Below, one piece after another: positions 1-13,427 of a stretch of 64,000 nt of DNA. Both the position numbers and the translations under genes were made by a program. Position 1 is the first letter of the stretch; every line of letters begins with the position of its first letter. The DNA lies in contig CM082590.2 of NCBI GenBank assembly GCA_040954595.2, positions 62,001 through 126,000 on the forward strand, in the 5' to 3' direction. This stretch comes from Balanoglossus misakiensis. Its lineage: Eukaryota > Animalia > Hemichordata. The notes under the pieces are model-generated. The model was not told the DNA's origin. It ran no database searches and saw only the letters and a list, made by a program, of their open reading frames with translations.

Positions 1-1283
1 TCAGGCCAGCATGCTACACCAGTCAAGACTGACCACAAGTGACATGTTACAGTGAAATTTGGCTAACTATCGAACTACTGTTGCAAGTCAAATCCAGGAA
101 TGATGTCACTCATCATTTGAGTGACAGACGTGTCACATTTTCACTGATCATCACTTTGATCTTAGAATGACCATTGTGACTGTCGGACATACTTATTTGC
201 TTACCCGAGTAACAATGTCGGATGAGATGTTGCTATCTTTCGGAGCGCAATGTTGGCATCATTCATTTTGTTTTCGCAATTTCGTCCAGCTTTTGTTGCG
301 GCCAAAGTCAACAATAAACTGTGGGTCAACACATCGAACTGAAACAAATATCAACCAAGACACTTAAAGGGTATTCTGTAAATATGTGTGTCTTTTCAAA
401 ATGTGCATACCATCTGTTATAATTTGGACTACCTATCACTTTTGACAGTTGTGACAAGAAAAAGGCACATCTACGCTAAACGGTACAGTATATCCTGTCA
501 TTATGGACACCTCTCTATTAAAGGTATACAGTCACCTCCAATTTATACGCCCATATATGGCTGAAATGGCGTATTTGGGCATTATAAAGAACATATGTTG
601 GCGCCCTTTTTACGCGTGTGCCACCCACTGAAAATCAGTGATTGGCTAGATCTCAAGTTTACCATGGCAACTGTAGTTAAATTTCCATAGGTGACAATAT
701 ACCTTAACATTTCCCGGTAATTGTGTAGAATAAGATGTCATTGTTGTGTGTAGCAGTTCTGTATCCTGCTGGAAGACGTACGGTTGAAGCAACTCCAATA
801 AGCCGAGAATGTGCGAGAAGAAGAGAAGATGGTGGCGAGATCGGAACTCGGGAAACGTCAGATGAACGCGTCCTTTCAAGGCGGCTGAAATCATGGCTAT
901 TTGTCTGAAATTTGAAAATGAGATAAATTGGACATCAAATCAGGTCCAATAATCAATATCATTCAAGGTAAGCTAATTACCAGGTCCAAAAAATATGAGA
1001 AAGAACGATAATGTCAACAGGATCATCTTTAACCACTGCTAAGTGGTGGTACCAGGTGTCTTGAATGGGTAAGGCATATCAGGCCAGCATGCTACACCAA
1101 GTCAAGACTGACCACAAGTGACATGTTACAGTGAAATTTGGCTAACTATCGAACTACTGTTGCAAGTCAAATCCAGGAATGATGTCACTCATCATTTGAG
1201 TGACTGACGTGTCACATTTTCACTGATCATCACTTTGATCTTAGAATGACCATTGTGACTGTCGGACATACTTATTTGCTTAC

Positions 1284-1417
1284 CTGAGTAACAATGTCGG
1301 ATGAGATGTTGCTATCTTTCGGAGCGCAATGTTGGCATCATTCATTTTGTTTTCGCAATTTCGTCCAGCTTTTGTTGCGGCCAACGTCAACAATAAACTG
1401 TGGGTCAACACATCGAA
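1284..1417 (-). CDS. INTS1: INTS1 exon X (134 nt, phase 0 in / 2 out), representative of 17 copies (first at 205-338)
   Basis: Minus strand: tttgtttcag|TTC GAT GTG ... CTC AG|gtaagc, giving FDVLTHSLLLTLAATKAGRNCENKMNDANIALRKIATSHPTLLL(R). Too short for the ORF track. Confidence 0.85.
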
Positions 1418-1562
1418 CTGAAACAAATATCAACCAAGACACTTAAAGGGTATTCTGTAAATATGTGTGTCTTTTCAAAATGTGCATACCATCTGTTATA
1501 ATTTGGACTACCTATCACTTTTGACAGTTGTGACAAGAAAAAAGCACATCTACGCTAAACGG

Positions 1563-1603
1563 TACAGTGAAACCTGTCATTATGGACACCTCTCTATTAA
1601 AGG
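1563..1603 (+). mobile_element. One-ended relic resembling a Tc1/mariner-type MITE terminus in the intron of every 1.1 kb unit
   Basis: TA-CAGTGAAACCTGTCATTATGGACACC resembles the TA/CAGT.AAACC termini of invertebrate Tc1/mariner MITEs. No matching second TIR was found. Confidence 0.4.
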
Positions 1604-1818
1604 TATACAGTCACCTCCAATTTATACGCCCATATATGGCTGAAATGGCGTATTTGGGCATTATAAAGAACATATGTTGGCGCCCTTTTTTCGCGTGTGC
1701 CACCCACTGAAAATCAGTGATTGGCTAGATCTCAAGTTTACCATGGTAACTGTAGTTAAATTTCCATAGGTGACAATATACCTTAACATATCCCGGTAAT
1801 TGTGTAGTGAATTCTTAC

Positions 1819-2008
1819 CCTGGTGAGGTGGAAATAAGATGTCATTGTTGTGTGTAGCAGTTCTGTATCCTGCTGGAAGACGTACGGTTGAAGCAACTCC
1901 AATAAGCCGAGAATGTGCGAGAAGAAGAGAAGATGGTGGCGAGATCGGAACTCGGGAAACGTCAGATGAACGCGTCCTTTCAAGGCGGCTGAAATCATGG
2001 CTATTTGT
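1819..2008 (-). CDS. INTS1: INTS1 exon Y (190 nt, phase 2 in / 0 out), representative; donor-bearing copies also at 2923, 4026, 8364, 9468, 11646, 12749, 14027, 15305, 16408, 17511
   Basis: Minus strand: aaatttcag|A CAA ATA GCC ATG ... ACC AGG|gtaaga, giving QIAMISAALKGRVHLTFPEFRSRHHLLFFSHILGLLELLQPYVFQQDTELLHTTMTSYFHLTR. Corresponds to the repeated 71-84 aa minus-strand ORFs. Confidence 0.87.
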
Positions 2009-5000
2009 CTGAAATTTGAAAATGAGATAAATAGGACATCAAATCAGGTCCAATAATCAATATCATTCAAGGTAGGCTAATTACCAGGTCCAAAATATAT
2101 GAGAAAGAACGATAATGTCAACAGGATCATCTTTAACCACTGCTAAGTGGTGGTACCAGGTGTCTTGAATGGGTAAGGCATATCAGGCCAGCATGCTACA
2201 CCAAGTCAAGACTGACCACAACTGACATGTTACAGTGAAATTTGGCTAACTATCGAACTACTGTTGCAAGTCAAATCCAGGAATGATGTCACTCATCATT
2301 TGAGTGACAGATGTGTCACATTTTCACTGATCATCACTTTGATCTTAGAATGACCATTGTGACTGTCGGACATACTTATTTGCTTACCCGAGTAACAATG
2401 TCGGATGAGATGTTGCTATCTTTCGGAGCGCAATGTTGGCATCATTCATTTTGTTTTCGCAATTTCGTCCAGCTTTTGTTGCGGCCAACGTCAACAATAA
2501 ACTGTGGGTCAACACATCGAACTGAAACAAATATCAACCAAGACACTTAAAGGGTATTCTGTAAATATGTGTGTCTTTTCAAAATGTGCATACCATCTGT
2601 TATAATTTGGACTACCTATCACTTTTGACAGTTGTGACAAGAAAAAGGCACATCTACGCTAAACGGTACAGTGAAACCTGTCATTATGGACACCTCTCTA
2701 TTAAAGGTATACAGTCACCTCCAATTTATACGCCCATATATGGCTGAAATGGCGTATTTGGGCATTATAAAGAACATATGTTGGCGCCCTTTTTTCGCGT
2801 GTGCCACCCACTGAAAATCAGTGATTGGCTAGATCTCAAGTTTACCATGGTAACTGTAGTTAAATTTCCATAGGTGACAATATACCTTAACATATCCCGG
2901 TAATTGTGTAGTGAATTCTTACCCTGGTGAGGTGGAAATAAGATGTCATTGTTGTGTGTAGCAGTTCTGTATCCTGCTGGAAGACGTACGGTTGAAGCAA
3001 CTCCAATAAGCCGAGAATGTGCGAGAAGAAGAGAAGATGGTGGCGAGATCGGAACTCGGGAAACGTCAGATGAACGCGTCCTTTCAAGGCGGCTGAAATC
3101 ATGGCTATTTGTCTGAAATTTGAAAATGAGATAAATTGGACATCAAATCAGGTCCAATAATCAATATCATTCAAGGTAAGCTAATTACCAGGTCCAAAAA
3201 ATATGAGAAAGAACGATAATGTCAACAGGATCATCTTTAACCACTGCTAAGTGGTGGTACCAGGTGTCTTGAATGGGTAAGGCATAACAGGCCAGCATGC
3301 TACACCAAGTCAAGACTGACCACAAGTGACATGTTACAGTGAAATTTGGCTAACTATCGAACTACTGTTGCAAGTCAAATCCAGGAATGATGTCACTCAT
3401 CATTTGAGTGACTGACGTGTCACATTTTCACTGATCATCACTTTGATCTTAGAATGACCATTGTGACTGTCGGACATACTTATTTGCTTACCTGAGTAAC
3501 AATGTCGGATGAGATGTTGCTATCTTTCGGAGCGCAATGTTGGCATCATTCATTTTGTTTTCGCAATTTCGTCCAGCTTTTGTTGCGGCCAACGTCAACA
3601 ATAAACTGTGGGTCAACACATCGAACTGAAACAAATATCAACCAAGACACTTAAAGGGTATTCTGTAAATATGTGTGTCTTTTCAAAATGTGCATACCAT
3701 CTGTTATAATTTGGACTACCTATCACTTTTGACAGTTGTGACAAGAAAAGGCACATCTACGCTAAACGGTACAGTGAAACCTGTCATTATGGACACCTCT
3801 CTATTAAAGGTATACAGTCACCTCCAATTTATACGCCCATATATGGCTGAAATGGCGTATTTGGGCATTATAAAGAACATATGTTGGCGCCCTTTTTTAG
3901 TGTGTGCCACCCACTGAAAATCAGTGATTGGCTAGATCTCAAGTTTACCATGGTAACTGTAGTTAAATTTCCATAGGTGACAATATACCTTAACATATCC
4001 AGGTAATTGTGTAGTGAGTTCTTACCCTGATGAGGTGGAAATAAGATGTCATTGTTGTGTGTAGCAGTTCTGTATCCTGCTGGAAGACGTACGGTTGAAG
4101 CAACTCCAATAAGCCGAGAATGTGCGAGAAGAAGAGAAGATGGTGGCGAGATCGGAACTCGGGAAACGTCAAATGAACGCGTCTTTTCAAGGCGGCTGAA
4201 ATCATGGCCATTTGTCTGAAATTTGAAAATGAGATAAATAGGACATCAAATCAGGTCCAATAATCAATATCATTCAAGGTAAGCTAATTACCAGGTCCAA
4301 AAAATATGAGAAAGAACGATAATGTCAACAGGATCATCTTTAACCACTGCTAAGTGGTGCTACCAGGTGTCTTGAATGGGTAAGGCATATCAGGCCAGCA
4401 TGCTACACCAGTCAAGACTGACCACAAGTGACATGTTACAGTGAAATTTGGCTAACTATCGAACTACTGTTGCAAGTCAAATCCAGGAATGATGTCACTC
4501 ATCATTTGAGTGACAGACGTGTCACATTTTCACTGATCATCACTTTGATCTTAGAATGACCATTGTGACTGTCGGACATGCTTATTTGCTTACCTGAGTA
4601 ACAATGTCGGATGAGATGTTGCTATCTTTCGGAGCGCAATGTTGGCATCATTCATTTTGTTTTCGCAATTTCGTCCAGCTTTTGTTGCGGCCAACGTCAA
4701 CAATAAACTGTGGGTCAACACATCGAACTGAAACAAATATCAACCAAGACACTTAAAGGGTATTCTGTAAATGTGTGTGTCTTTTCAAAATGTGCATACC
4801 ATCTGTTATAATTTGGACTACCTATCACTTTTGACAGTTGTGACAAGAAAAAGGCACATCTACGCTAAACGGTACAGTGAAACCTGTCATTATGGACACC
4901 TCTCTATTAAAGGTATACAGTCACCTCCAATTTATACGCCCATATATGGCTGAAATGGCGTATTTGGGCATTATAAAGAACATATGTTGGTGCCCTTTTT

Positions 5001-8000
5001 TCGCGTGTGCCACCCACTGAAAATCAGTGTTTGGCTAGATCTCAAGTTTACCATGGTAACTGTAGTTAAATTTCCATAGGTGACAATATACCTTAACATA
5101 TCCCGGTAATTGTGTAGAATAAGATGTCATTGTTGTGTGTAGCAGTTCTGTATCCTGCTGGATGACGTACGGTTGAAGCAACTCCAATAAGCCGAGAATG
5201 TGCGAGAAGAAGAGAAGATGGTGGCGAGATCGGAACTCGGGAAACGTCAGATGAACGCGTCTTTTCAAGGCGGCTGAAATCATGGCCATTTGTCTGAAAT
5301 TTGAAAATGAGATAAATAGGACATCAAATCAGGTCCAATAATCAATATCATTCAAGGTAAGCTAATTACCAGGTCCAAAAAATATGAGAAAGAACGATAA
5401 TGTCAACAGGATCATCTTTAACCACTGCTAAGTGGTGGTACCAGGTGTCTTGAATGGGTAAGGCATATCAGGCCAGCATGCTACACCAGTCAAGACTGAC
5501 CACAAGTGACATGTTACAGTGAAATTTGGCTAACTATCGAACTACTGTTGCAAGTCAAATCCAGGAATGATGTCACTCATCATTTGAGTGACAGACGTGT
5601 CACATTTTCACTGATCATCACTTTGATCTTAGAATGACCATTGTGACTGTCGGACATACTTATTTGCTTACCTGAGTAACAATGTCGGATGAGATGTTGC
5701 TATCTTTCGGAGCGCAATGTTGGCATCATTCATTTTGTTTTCGCAATTTCGTCCAGCTTTTGTTGCGGCCAACGTCAACAATAAACTGTGGGTCAACACA
5801 TCGAACTGAAACAAATATCAACCAAGACACTTAAAGGGTATTCTGTAAATATGTGTGTCTTTTCAAAATGTGCATACCATCTGTTATAATTTGGACTACC
5901 TATCACTTTTGACAGTTGTGACAAGAAAAAGGCACATCTACGCTAAACGGTACAGTGAAACCTGTCATTATGGACACCTCTCTATTAAAGGTATACAGTC
6001 ACCTCCAATTTATACGCCCATATATGGCTGAAATGGCGTATTTGGGCATTATAAAGAACATATGTTGGCGCCCTTTTTTCGCGTGTGCCACCCACTGAAA
6101 ATCAGTGATTGGCTAGATCTCAAGTTTACCATGGTAATTGTAGTTAAATTTCCATAGGTGACAATATACCTTAACATATCCCGGTAATTGTGTAGAATAA
6201 GATGTCATTGTTGTGTGTAGCAGTTCTGTATCCTGCTGGAAGACGTACGGTTGAAGCAACTCCAATAAGCCGAGAATGTGCGAGAAGAAGAGAAGATGGT
6301 GGCGAGATCGGAACTCGGGAAACGTCAGATGAACGCGTCTTTTCAAGGCGGCTGAAATCATGGCCATTTGTCTGAAATTTGAAAATGAGATAAATAGGAC
6401 ATCAAATCAGGTCCAATAATCAATATCATTCAAGGTAAGCTAATTACCAGGTCCAAAAAATATGAGAAAGAACGATAGTGTCAACAGGATCATCTTTAAG
6501 CACTGCTAAGTGGTGGTACCAGGTGTCTTGAATGGGTAAGGCATATCAGGCCAGCATGCTACACCAGTCAAGACTGACCACAAGTGACATGTTACAGTGA
6601 AATTTGGCTAACTATCGAACTACTGTTGCAAGTCAAATCCAGGAATGATGTCACTCATCATTTGAGTGACAGACGTGTCACATTTTCACTGATCATCACT
6701 TTGATCTTAGAATGACCATTGTGACTGTCGGACATACTTATTTGCTTACCCGAGTAACAATGTCGGATGAGATGTTGCTATCTTTCGGAGCGCAATGTTG
6801 GCATCATTCATTTTGTTTTCGCAATTTCGTCCAGCTTTTGTTGCGGCCAAAGTCAACAATAAACTGTGGGTCAACACATCGAACTGAAACAAATATCAAC
6901 CAAGACACTTAAAGGGTATTCTGTAAATATGTGTGTCTTTTCAAAATGTGCATACCATCTGTTATAATTTGGACTACCTATCACTTTTGACAGTTGTGAC
7001 AAGAAAAAGGCACATCTACGCTAAACGGTACAGTATAACCTGTCATTATGGACACCTCTCTATTAAAGGTATACAGTCACCTCCAATTTATACGCCCATA
7101 TATGGCTGAAATGGCGTATTTGGGCATTATAAAGAACATATGTTGGCGCCCTTTTTACGCGTGTGCCACCCACTGAAAATCACTGATTGGCTAGATCTCA
7201 AGTTTACCATGGTAACTGTAGTTAAATTTCCATAGGTGACAATATACCTTAACATTTCCCGGTAATTGTGTAGAATAAGATGTCATTGTTGTGTGTAGCA
7301 GTTCTGTATCCTGCTGGAAGACGTACGGTTGAAGCAACTCCAATAAGCCGAGAATGTGCGAGAAGAAGAGAAGATGGTGGCGAGATCGGAACTCGGGAAA
7401 CGTCAGATGAACGCGTCCTTTCAAGGCGGCTGAAATCATGGCTATTTGTCTGAAATTTGAAAATGAGATAAATTGGACATCAAATCAGGTCCAATAATCA
7501 ATATCATTCAAGGTAAGCTAATTACCAGGTCCAAAAAATATGAGAAAGAACGATAATGTCAACAGGATCATCTTTAACCACTGCTAAGTGGTGGTACCAG
7601 GTGTCTTGAATGGGTAAGGCATATCAGGCCAGCATGCTACACCAAGTCAAGACTGACCACAAGTGACATGTTACAGTGAAATTTGGCTAACTATCGAACT
7701 ACTGTTGCAAGTCAAATCCAGGAATGATGTCACTCATCATTTGAGTGACTGACGTGTCACATTTTCACTGATCATCACTTTGATCTTAGAATGACCATTG
7801 TGACTGTCGGACATACTTATTTGCTTACCTGAGTAACAATGTCGGATGAGATGTTGCTATCTTTCGGAGCGCAATGTTGGCATCATTCATTTTGTTTTCG
7901 CAATTTCGTCCAGCTTTTGTTGCGGCCAACGTCAACAATAAACTGTGGGTCAACACATCGAACTGAAACAAATATCAACCAAGACACTTAAAGGGTATTC

Positions 8001-11000
8001 TGTAAATATGTGTGTCTTTTCAAAATGTGCATACCATCTGTTATAATTTGGACTACCTATCACTTTTGACAGTTGTGACAAGAAAAAAGCACATCTACGC
8101 TAAACGGTACAGTGAAACCTGTCATTATGGACACCTCTCTATTAAAGGTATACAGTCACCTCCAATTTATACGCCCATATATGGCTGAAATGGCGTATTT
8201 GGGCATTATAAAGAACATATGTTGGCGCCCTTTTTTCGCGTGTGCCACCCACTGAAAATCAGTGATTGGCTAGATCTCAAGTTTACCATGGTAACTGTAC
8301 TTAAATTTCCATAGGTGACAATATACCTTAACATATCCCGGTAATTGTGTAGTGAATTCTTACCCTGGTGAGGTGGAAATAAGATGTCATTGTTGTGTGT
8401 AGCAGTTCTGTATCCTGCTGGAAGACGTACGGTTGAAGCAACTCCAATAAGCCGAGAATGTGTGAGAAGAAGAGAAGATGGTGGCGAGATCGGAACTCGG
8501 GAAACGTCAGATGAACGCGTCCTTTCAAGGCGGCTGAAATCATGGCTATTTGTCTGAAATTTGAAAATGAGATAAATTGGACATCAAATCAGGTCCAATA
8601 ATCAATATCATTCAAGGTAAGCTAATTACCAGGTCCAAAAAATATGAGAAAGAACGATAATGTCAACAGGATCATCTTTAACCACTGCTAAGTGGTGGTA
8701 CCAGGTGTCTTGAATGGGTAAGGCATATCAGGCCAGCATGCTACACCAAGTCAAGACTGACCACAAGTGACATGTTACAGTGAAATTTGGCTAACTATCG
8801 AACTACTGTTGCAAGTCAAATCCAGGAATGATGTCACTCATCATTTGAGTGACTGACGTGTCACATTTTCACTGATCATCACTTTGATCTTAGAATGACC
8901 ATTGTGACTGTAGGACATACTTATTTGCTTACCTGAGTAACAATGTCGGATGAGATGTTGCTATCTTTCGGAGCGCAATGTTGGCATCATTCATTTTGTT
9001 TTCGCAATTTCGTCCAGCTTTTGTTGCGGCCAACGTCAACAATAAACTGTGGGTCAACACATCGAACTGAAACAAATATCAACCAAGACACTTAAAGGGT
9101 ATTCTGTAAATATGTGTGTCTTTTCAAAATGTGCATACCATCTGTTATAATTTGGACTACCTATCACTTTTGACAGTTGTGACAAGAAAAAAGCACATCT
9201 ACGCTAAACGGTACAGTGAAACCTGTCATTATGGACACCTCTCTATTAAAGGTATACAGTCACCTCCAATTTATACGCCCATATATGGCTGAAATGGCGT
9301 ATTTGGGCATTATAAAGAACATATGTTGGCGCCCTTTTTTCGCGTGTGCCACCCACTGAAAATCAGTGATTGGCTAGATCTCAAGTTTACCATGGTAACT
9401 GTAGTTAAATTTCCATAGGTGACAATATACCTTAACATATCCCGGTAATTGTGTAGTGAATTCTTACCCTGGTGAGGTGGAAATAAGATGTCATTGTTGT
9501 GTGTAGCAGTTCTGTATCCTGCTGGAAGACGTACGGTTGAAGCAACTCCAATAAGCCGAGAATGTGTGAGAAGAAGAGAAGATGGTGGCGAGATCGGAAC
9601 TCGGGAAACGTCAGATGAACGCGTCCTTTCAAGGCGGCTGAAATCATGGCTATTTGTCTGAAATTTGAAAATGAGATAAATTGGACATCAAATCAGGTCC
9701 AATAATCAATATCATTCACGGTAAGCTAATTACCAGGTCCAAAAAATATGAGAAAGAACGATAATGTCAACAGGATCATCTTTAACCACTGCTGAGTGGT
9801 GGTACCAGGTGTCTTGAATGGGTAAGGCATATCAGGCCAGCATGCTACACCAAGTCAAGACTGACCACAAGTGACATGTTACAGTGAAATTTGGCTAACT
9901 ATCGAACTACTGTTGCAAGTCAAATCCAGGAATGATGTCACTCATCATTTGAGTGACAGACGTGTCACATTTTCACTGATCATCACTTTGATCTTAGAAT
10001 GACCATTGTGACTGTCAGACATACTTATTTGCTTACCTGAGTAACAATGTCGGATGAGATGTTGCTATCTTTCGGAGCGCGATGTTGGCATCATTCATTT
10101 TGTTTTCGCAATTTCGTCCAGCTTTTGTTGCGGCCAACGTCAACAATAAACTGTGGTTCAACACATCGAACTGAAACAAATATCAACCAAGACACTTAAA
10201 GGGTATTCTGTAAATATGTGTCTTTTCAAAATGTGCATACCATCTGTTATAATTTGGACTACCTATCACTTTTGACAGTTGTGACAAGAAAAAGGCACAT
10301 CTACGCTAAACGGTACAGTAAAACCTGTCATTATGGACACCTCTCTATTAAAGGTATACAGTCACCTCCAATTTATACGCCCATATATGGCTGAAATGGC
10401 GTATTTGGGCATTATAAAGAACATATGTTGGCGCCCTTTTTTCGCGTGTGCCACCCACTGAAAATCAGTGATTGGCTAGATCTCAAGTTTACCATGGTAA
10501 CTGTAGTTAAATTTCCATAGGTGACAATATACCTTAACATATCCCGGTAATTGTGTAGAATAAGATGTCATTGTTGTGTGTAGCAGTTCTGTATCCTGCT
10601 GGAAGACGTACGGTTGAAGCAACTCCAATAAGCCGAGAATGTGCGAGAAGAAGAGAAGATGGTGGCGAGATCGGAACTCGGGAAACGTCAGATGAACGCG
10701 TCTTTTCAAGGCGGCTGAAATCATGGCCATTTGTCTGAAATTTGAAAATGAGATAAATAGGACATCAAATCAGGTCCAATAATCAATATCATTCAAGGTA
10801 AGCTAATTACCAGGTCCAAAAAATATGAGAAAGAACGATAATGTCAACAGGATCATCTTTAACCACTGCTAAGTGGTGGTACCAGGTGTCTTGAATGGGT
10901 AAGGCATATCAGGCCAGCATGCTACACCAGTCAAGACTGACCACAAGTGACATGTTACAGTGAAATTTGGCTAACTATCGAACTACTGTTGCAAGTCAAA

Positions 11001-13252
11001 TCCAGGAATGATGTCACTCATCATTTGAGTGACAGACGTGTCACATTTTCACTGATCATCACTTTGATCTTAGAATGACCATTGTGACTGTCGGACATAC
11101 TTATTTGCTTACCTGAGTAACAATGTCGGATGAGATGTTGCTATCTTTCGGAGCGCGATGTTGGCATCATTCATTTTGTTTTCGCAATTTCGTCCAGCTT
11201 TTGTTGCGGCCAACGTCAACAATAAACTGTGGTTCAACACATCGAACTGAAACAAATATCAACCAAGACACTTAAAGGGTATTCTGTAAATATGTGTCTT
11301 TTCAAAATGTGCATACCATCTGTTATAATTTGGACTACCTATCACTTTTGACAGTTGTGACAAGAAAAAGGCACATCTACGCTAAACGGTACAGTAAAAC
11401 CTGTCATTATGGACACCTCTCTATTAAAGGTATACAGTCACCTCCAATTTATACGCCCATATATGGCTGAAATGGCGTATTTGGGCATTATAAAGAACAT
11501 ATGTTGGCGCCCTTTTTTCGCGTGTGCCACCCACTGAAAATCAGTGATTGGCTAGATCTCAAGTTTACCATGGTAACTGTAGTTAAATTTCCATAGGTGA
11601 CAATATACCTTAACATATCCCGGTAATTGTGTAGTGAGTTCTTACCCTGATGAGGTGGAAATAAGATGTCATTGTTGTGTGTAGCAGTTCTGTATCCTGC
11701 TGGAAGACGTACGGTTGAAGCAACTCCAATAAGCCGAGAATGTGCGAGAAGAAGAGAAGATGGTGGCGAGATCGGAACTCGGGAAACGTCAAATGAACGC
11801 GTCTTTTCAAGGCGGCTGAAATCATGGCCATTTGTCTGAAATTTGAAAATGAGATAAATAGGACATCAAATCAGGTCCAATAATCAATATCATTCAAGGT
11901 AAGCTAATTACCAGGTCCAAAAAATATGAGAAAGAACGATAATGTCAACAGGATCATCTTTAACCACTGCTAAGTGGTGGTACCAGGTGTCTTGAATGGG
12001 TAAGGCATATCAGGCCAGCATGCTACACCAGTCAAGACTGACCACAAGTGACATGTTACAGTGAAATTTGGCTAACTATCGAACTACTGTTGCAAGTCAA
12101 ATCCAGGAATGATGTCACTCATCATTTGAGTGACAGACGTGTCACATTTTCACTGATCATCACTTTGATCTTAGAATGACCATTGTGACTGTCGGACATG
12201 CTTATTTGCTTACCTGAGTAACAATGTCGGATGAGATGTTGCTATCTTTCGGAGCGCAATGTTGGCATCATTCATTTTGTTTTCGCAATTTCGTCCAGCT
12301 TTTGTTGCGGCCAACGTCAACAATAAACTGTGGGTCAACACATCGAACTGAAACAAATATCAACCAAGACACTTAAAGGGTATTCTGTAAATGTGTGTGT
12401 CTTTTCAAAATGTGCATACCATCTGTTATAATTTGGACTACCTATCACTTTTGACAGTTGTGACAAGAAAAAGGCACATCTACGCTAAACGGTACAGTGA
12501 AACCTGTCATTATGGACACCTCTCTATTAAAGGTATACAGTCACCTCCAATTTATACGCCCATATATGGCTGAAATGGCGTATTTGGGCATTATAAAGAA
12601 CATATGTTGGTGCCCTTTTTTCGCGTGTGCCACCCACTGAAAATCAGTGTTTGGCTAGATCTCAAGTTTACCATGGTAACTGTAGTTAAATTTCCATAGG
12701 TGACAATATACCTTAACATATCCCGGTAATTGTGAAGTGAGTTCTTACCCTCATGAGGTGGAAATAAGATGTCGTTGTTGTGTGTAGCAGTTCTGTATCC
12801 TGCTGGAAGACGTACGGTTGAAGCAACTCCAATAAGCCGAGAATGCGCGAGAAGAAGAGAAGATGGTGGCGAGATCGGAACTCGGGAAACGTCAAATGAA
12901 CGCGTCCTTTCAAGGCGGCTGAAATCATGGCCATTTGTCTGAAATTTGAAAATGAGATAAATTGGACATCAAATCAGGTCCAATAATCAATATCATTCAA
13001 GGTAAGCTAATTACTAGGTCCAAAAAATATGAGAAAGAACGATAATGTCAACAGGATCATCTTTAACCACTGCTAAGTGGTGGTACCAGGTGTCTTGAAT
13101 GGGTAAGGCATATCAGACCAGCATGCTACACCAGTCAAGACTGACCACAAGTGACATGTTACAGTGAAATTTGGCTAACTATCGAACTACTGTTGCAAGT
13201 CAAATCCAGGAATGATGTCACTCATCATTTGAGTGACAGACGTGTCACATTT

Positions 13253-13427
13253 GGAAACAACTTCACTTAAATTAGGATAAGAATTAACCTTTTGTGAATT
13301 CTTGCATAGAAGTGCAGCTTGCAATACTTTGCTGTGATTGGTTGCCAAGTGGGCTCAATAATGATGGCTGTGCTGTTTTTTTTTTATAAGGAGACTTTAA
13401 CTGACACTTTAAGATACAACATGATCT
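13253..13427. other. 175-bp intron segment present only in units 13 and 14 (second copy 14531-14705); partly also at 20810-20910
   Basis: Sits between cacattt and tcactgatc and explains the 1278-bp unit class. Confidence 0.9.

Noticed and set aside
104-126. Small hairpin TGTCACTCA-tcatt-TGAGTGACA in each unit
   Set aside because: A 9-bp stem in an intron, disrupted in several units, with no ncRNA features.
167-367. Plus-strand 60-80 aa ORFs in the 1.1 kb units (MTIVTVGH..., MCVSFQNV...)
   Set aside because: They are antisense or intronic shadows of the INTS1 exons and are open only in some units.
1718-1752. CCAAT box plus RFX X-box-like palindrome (TTACCATGGTAA) in each 1.1 kb unit
   Set aside because: It is intronic, an imperfect match, and has no other promoter evidence.
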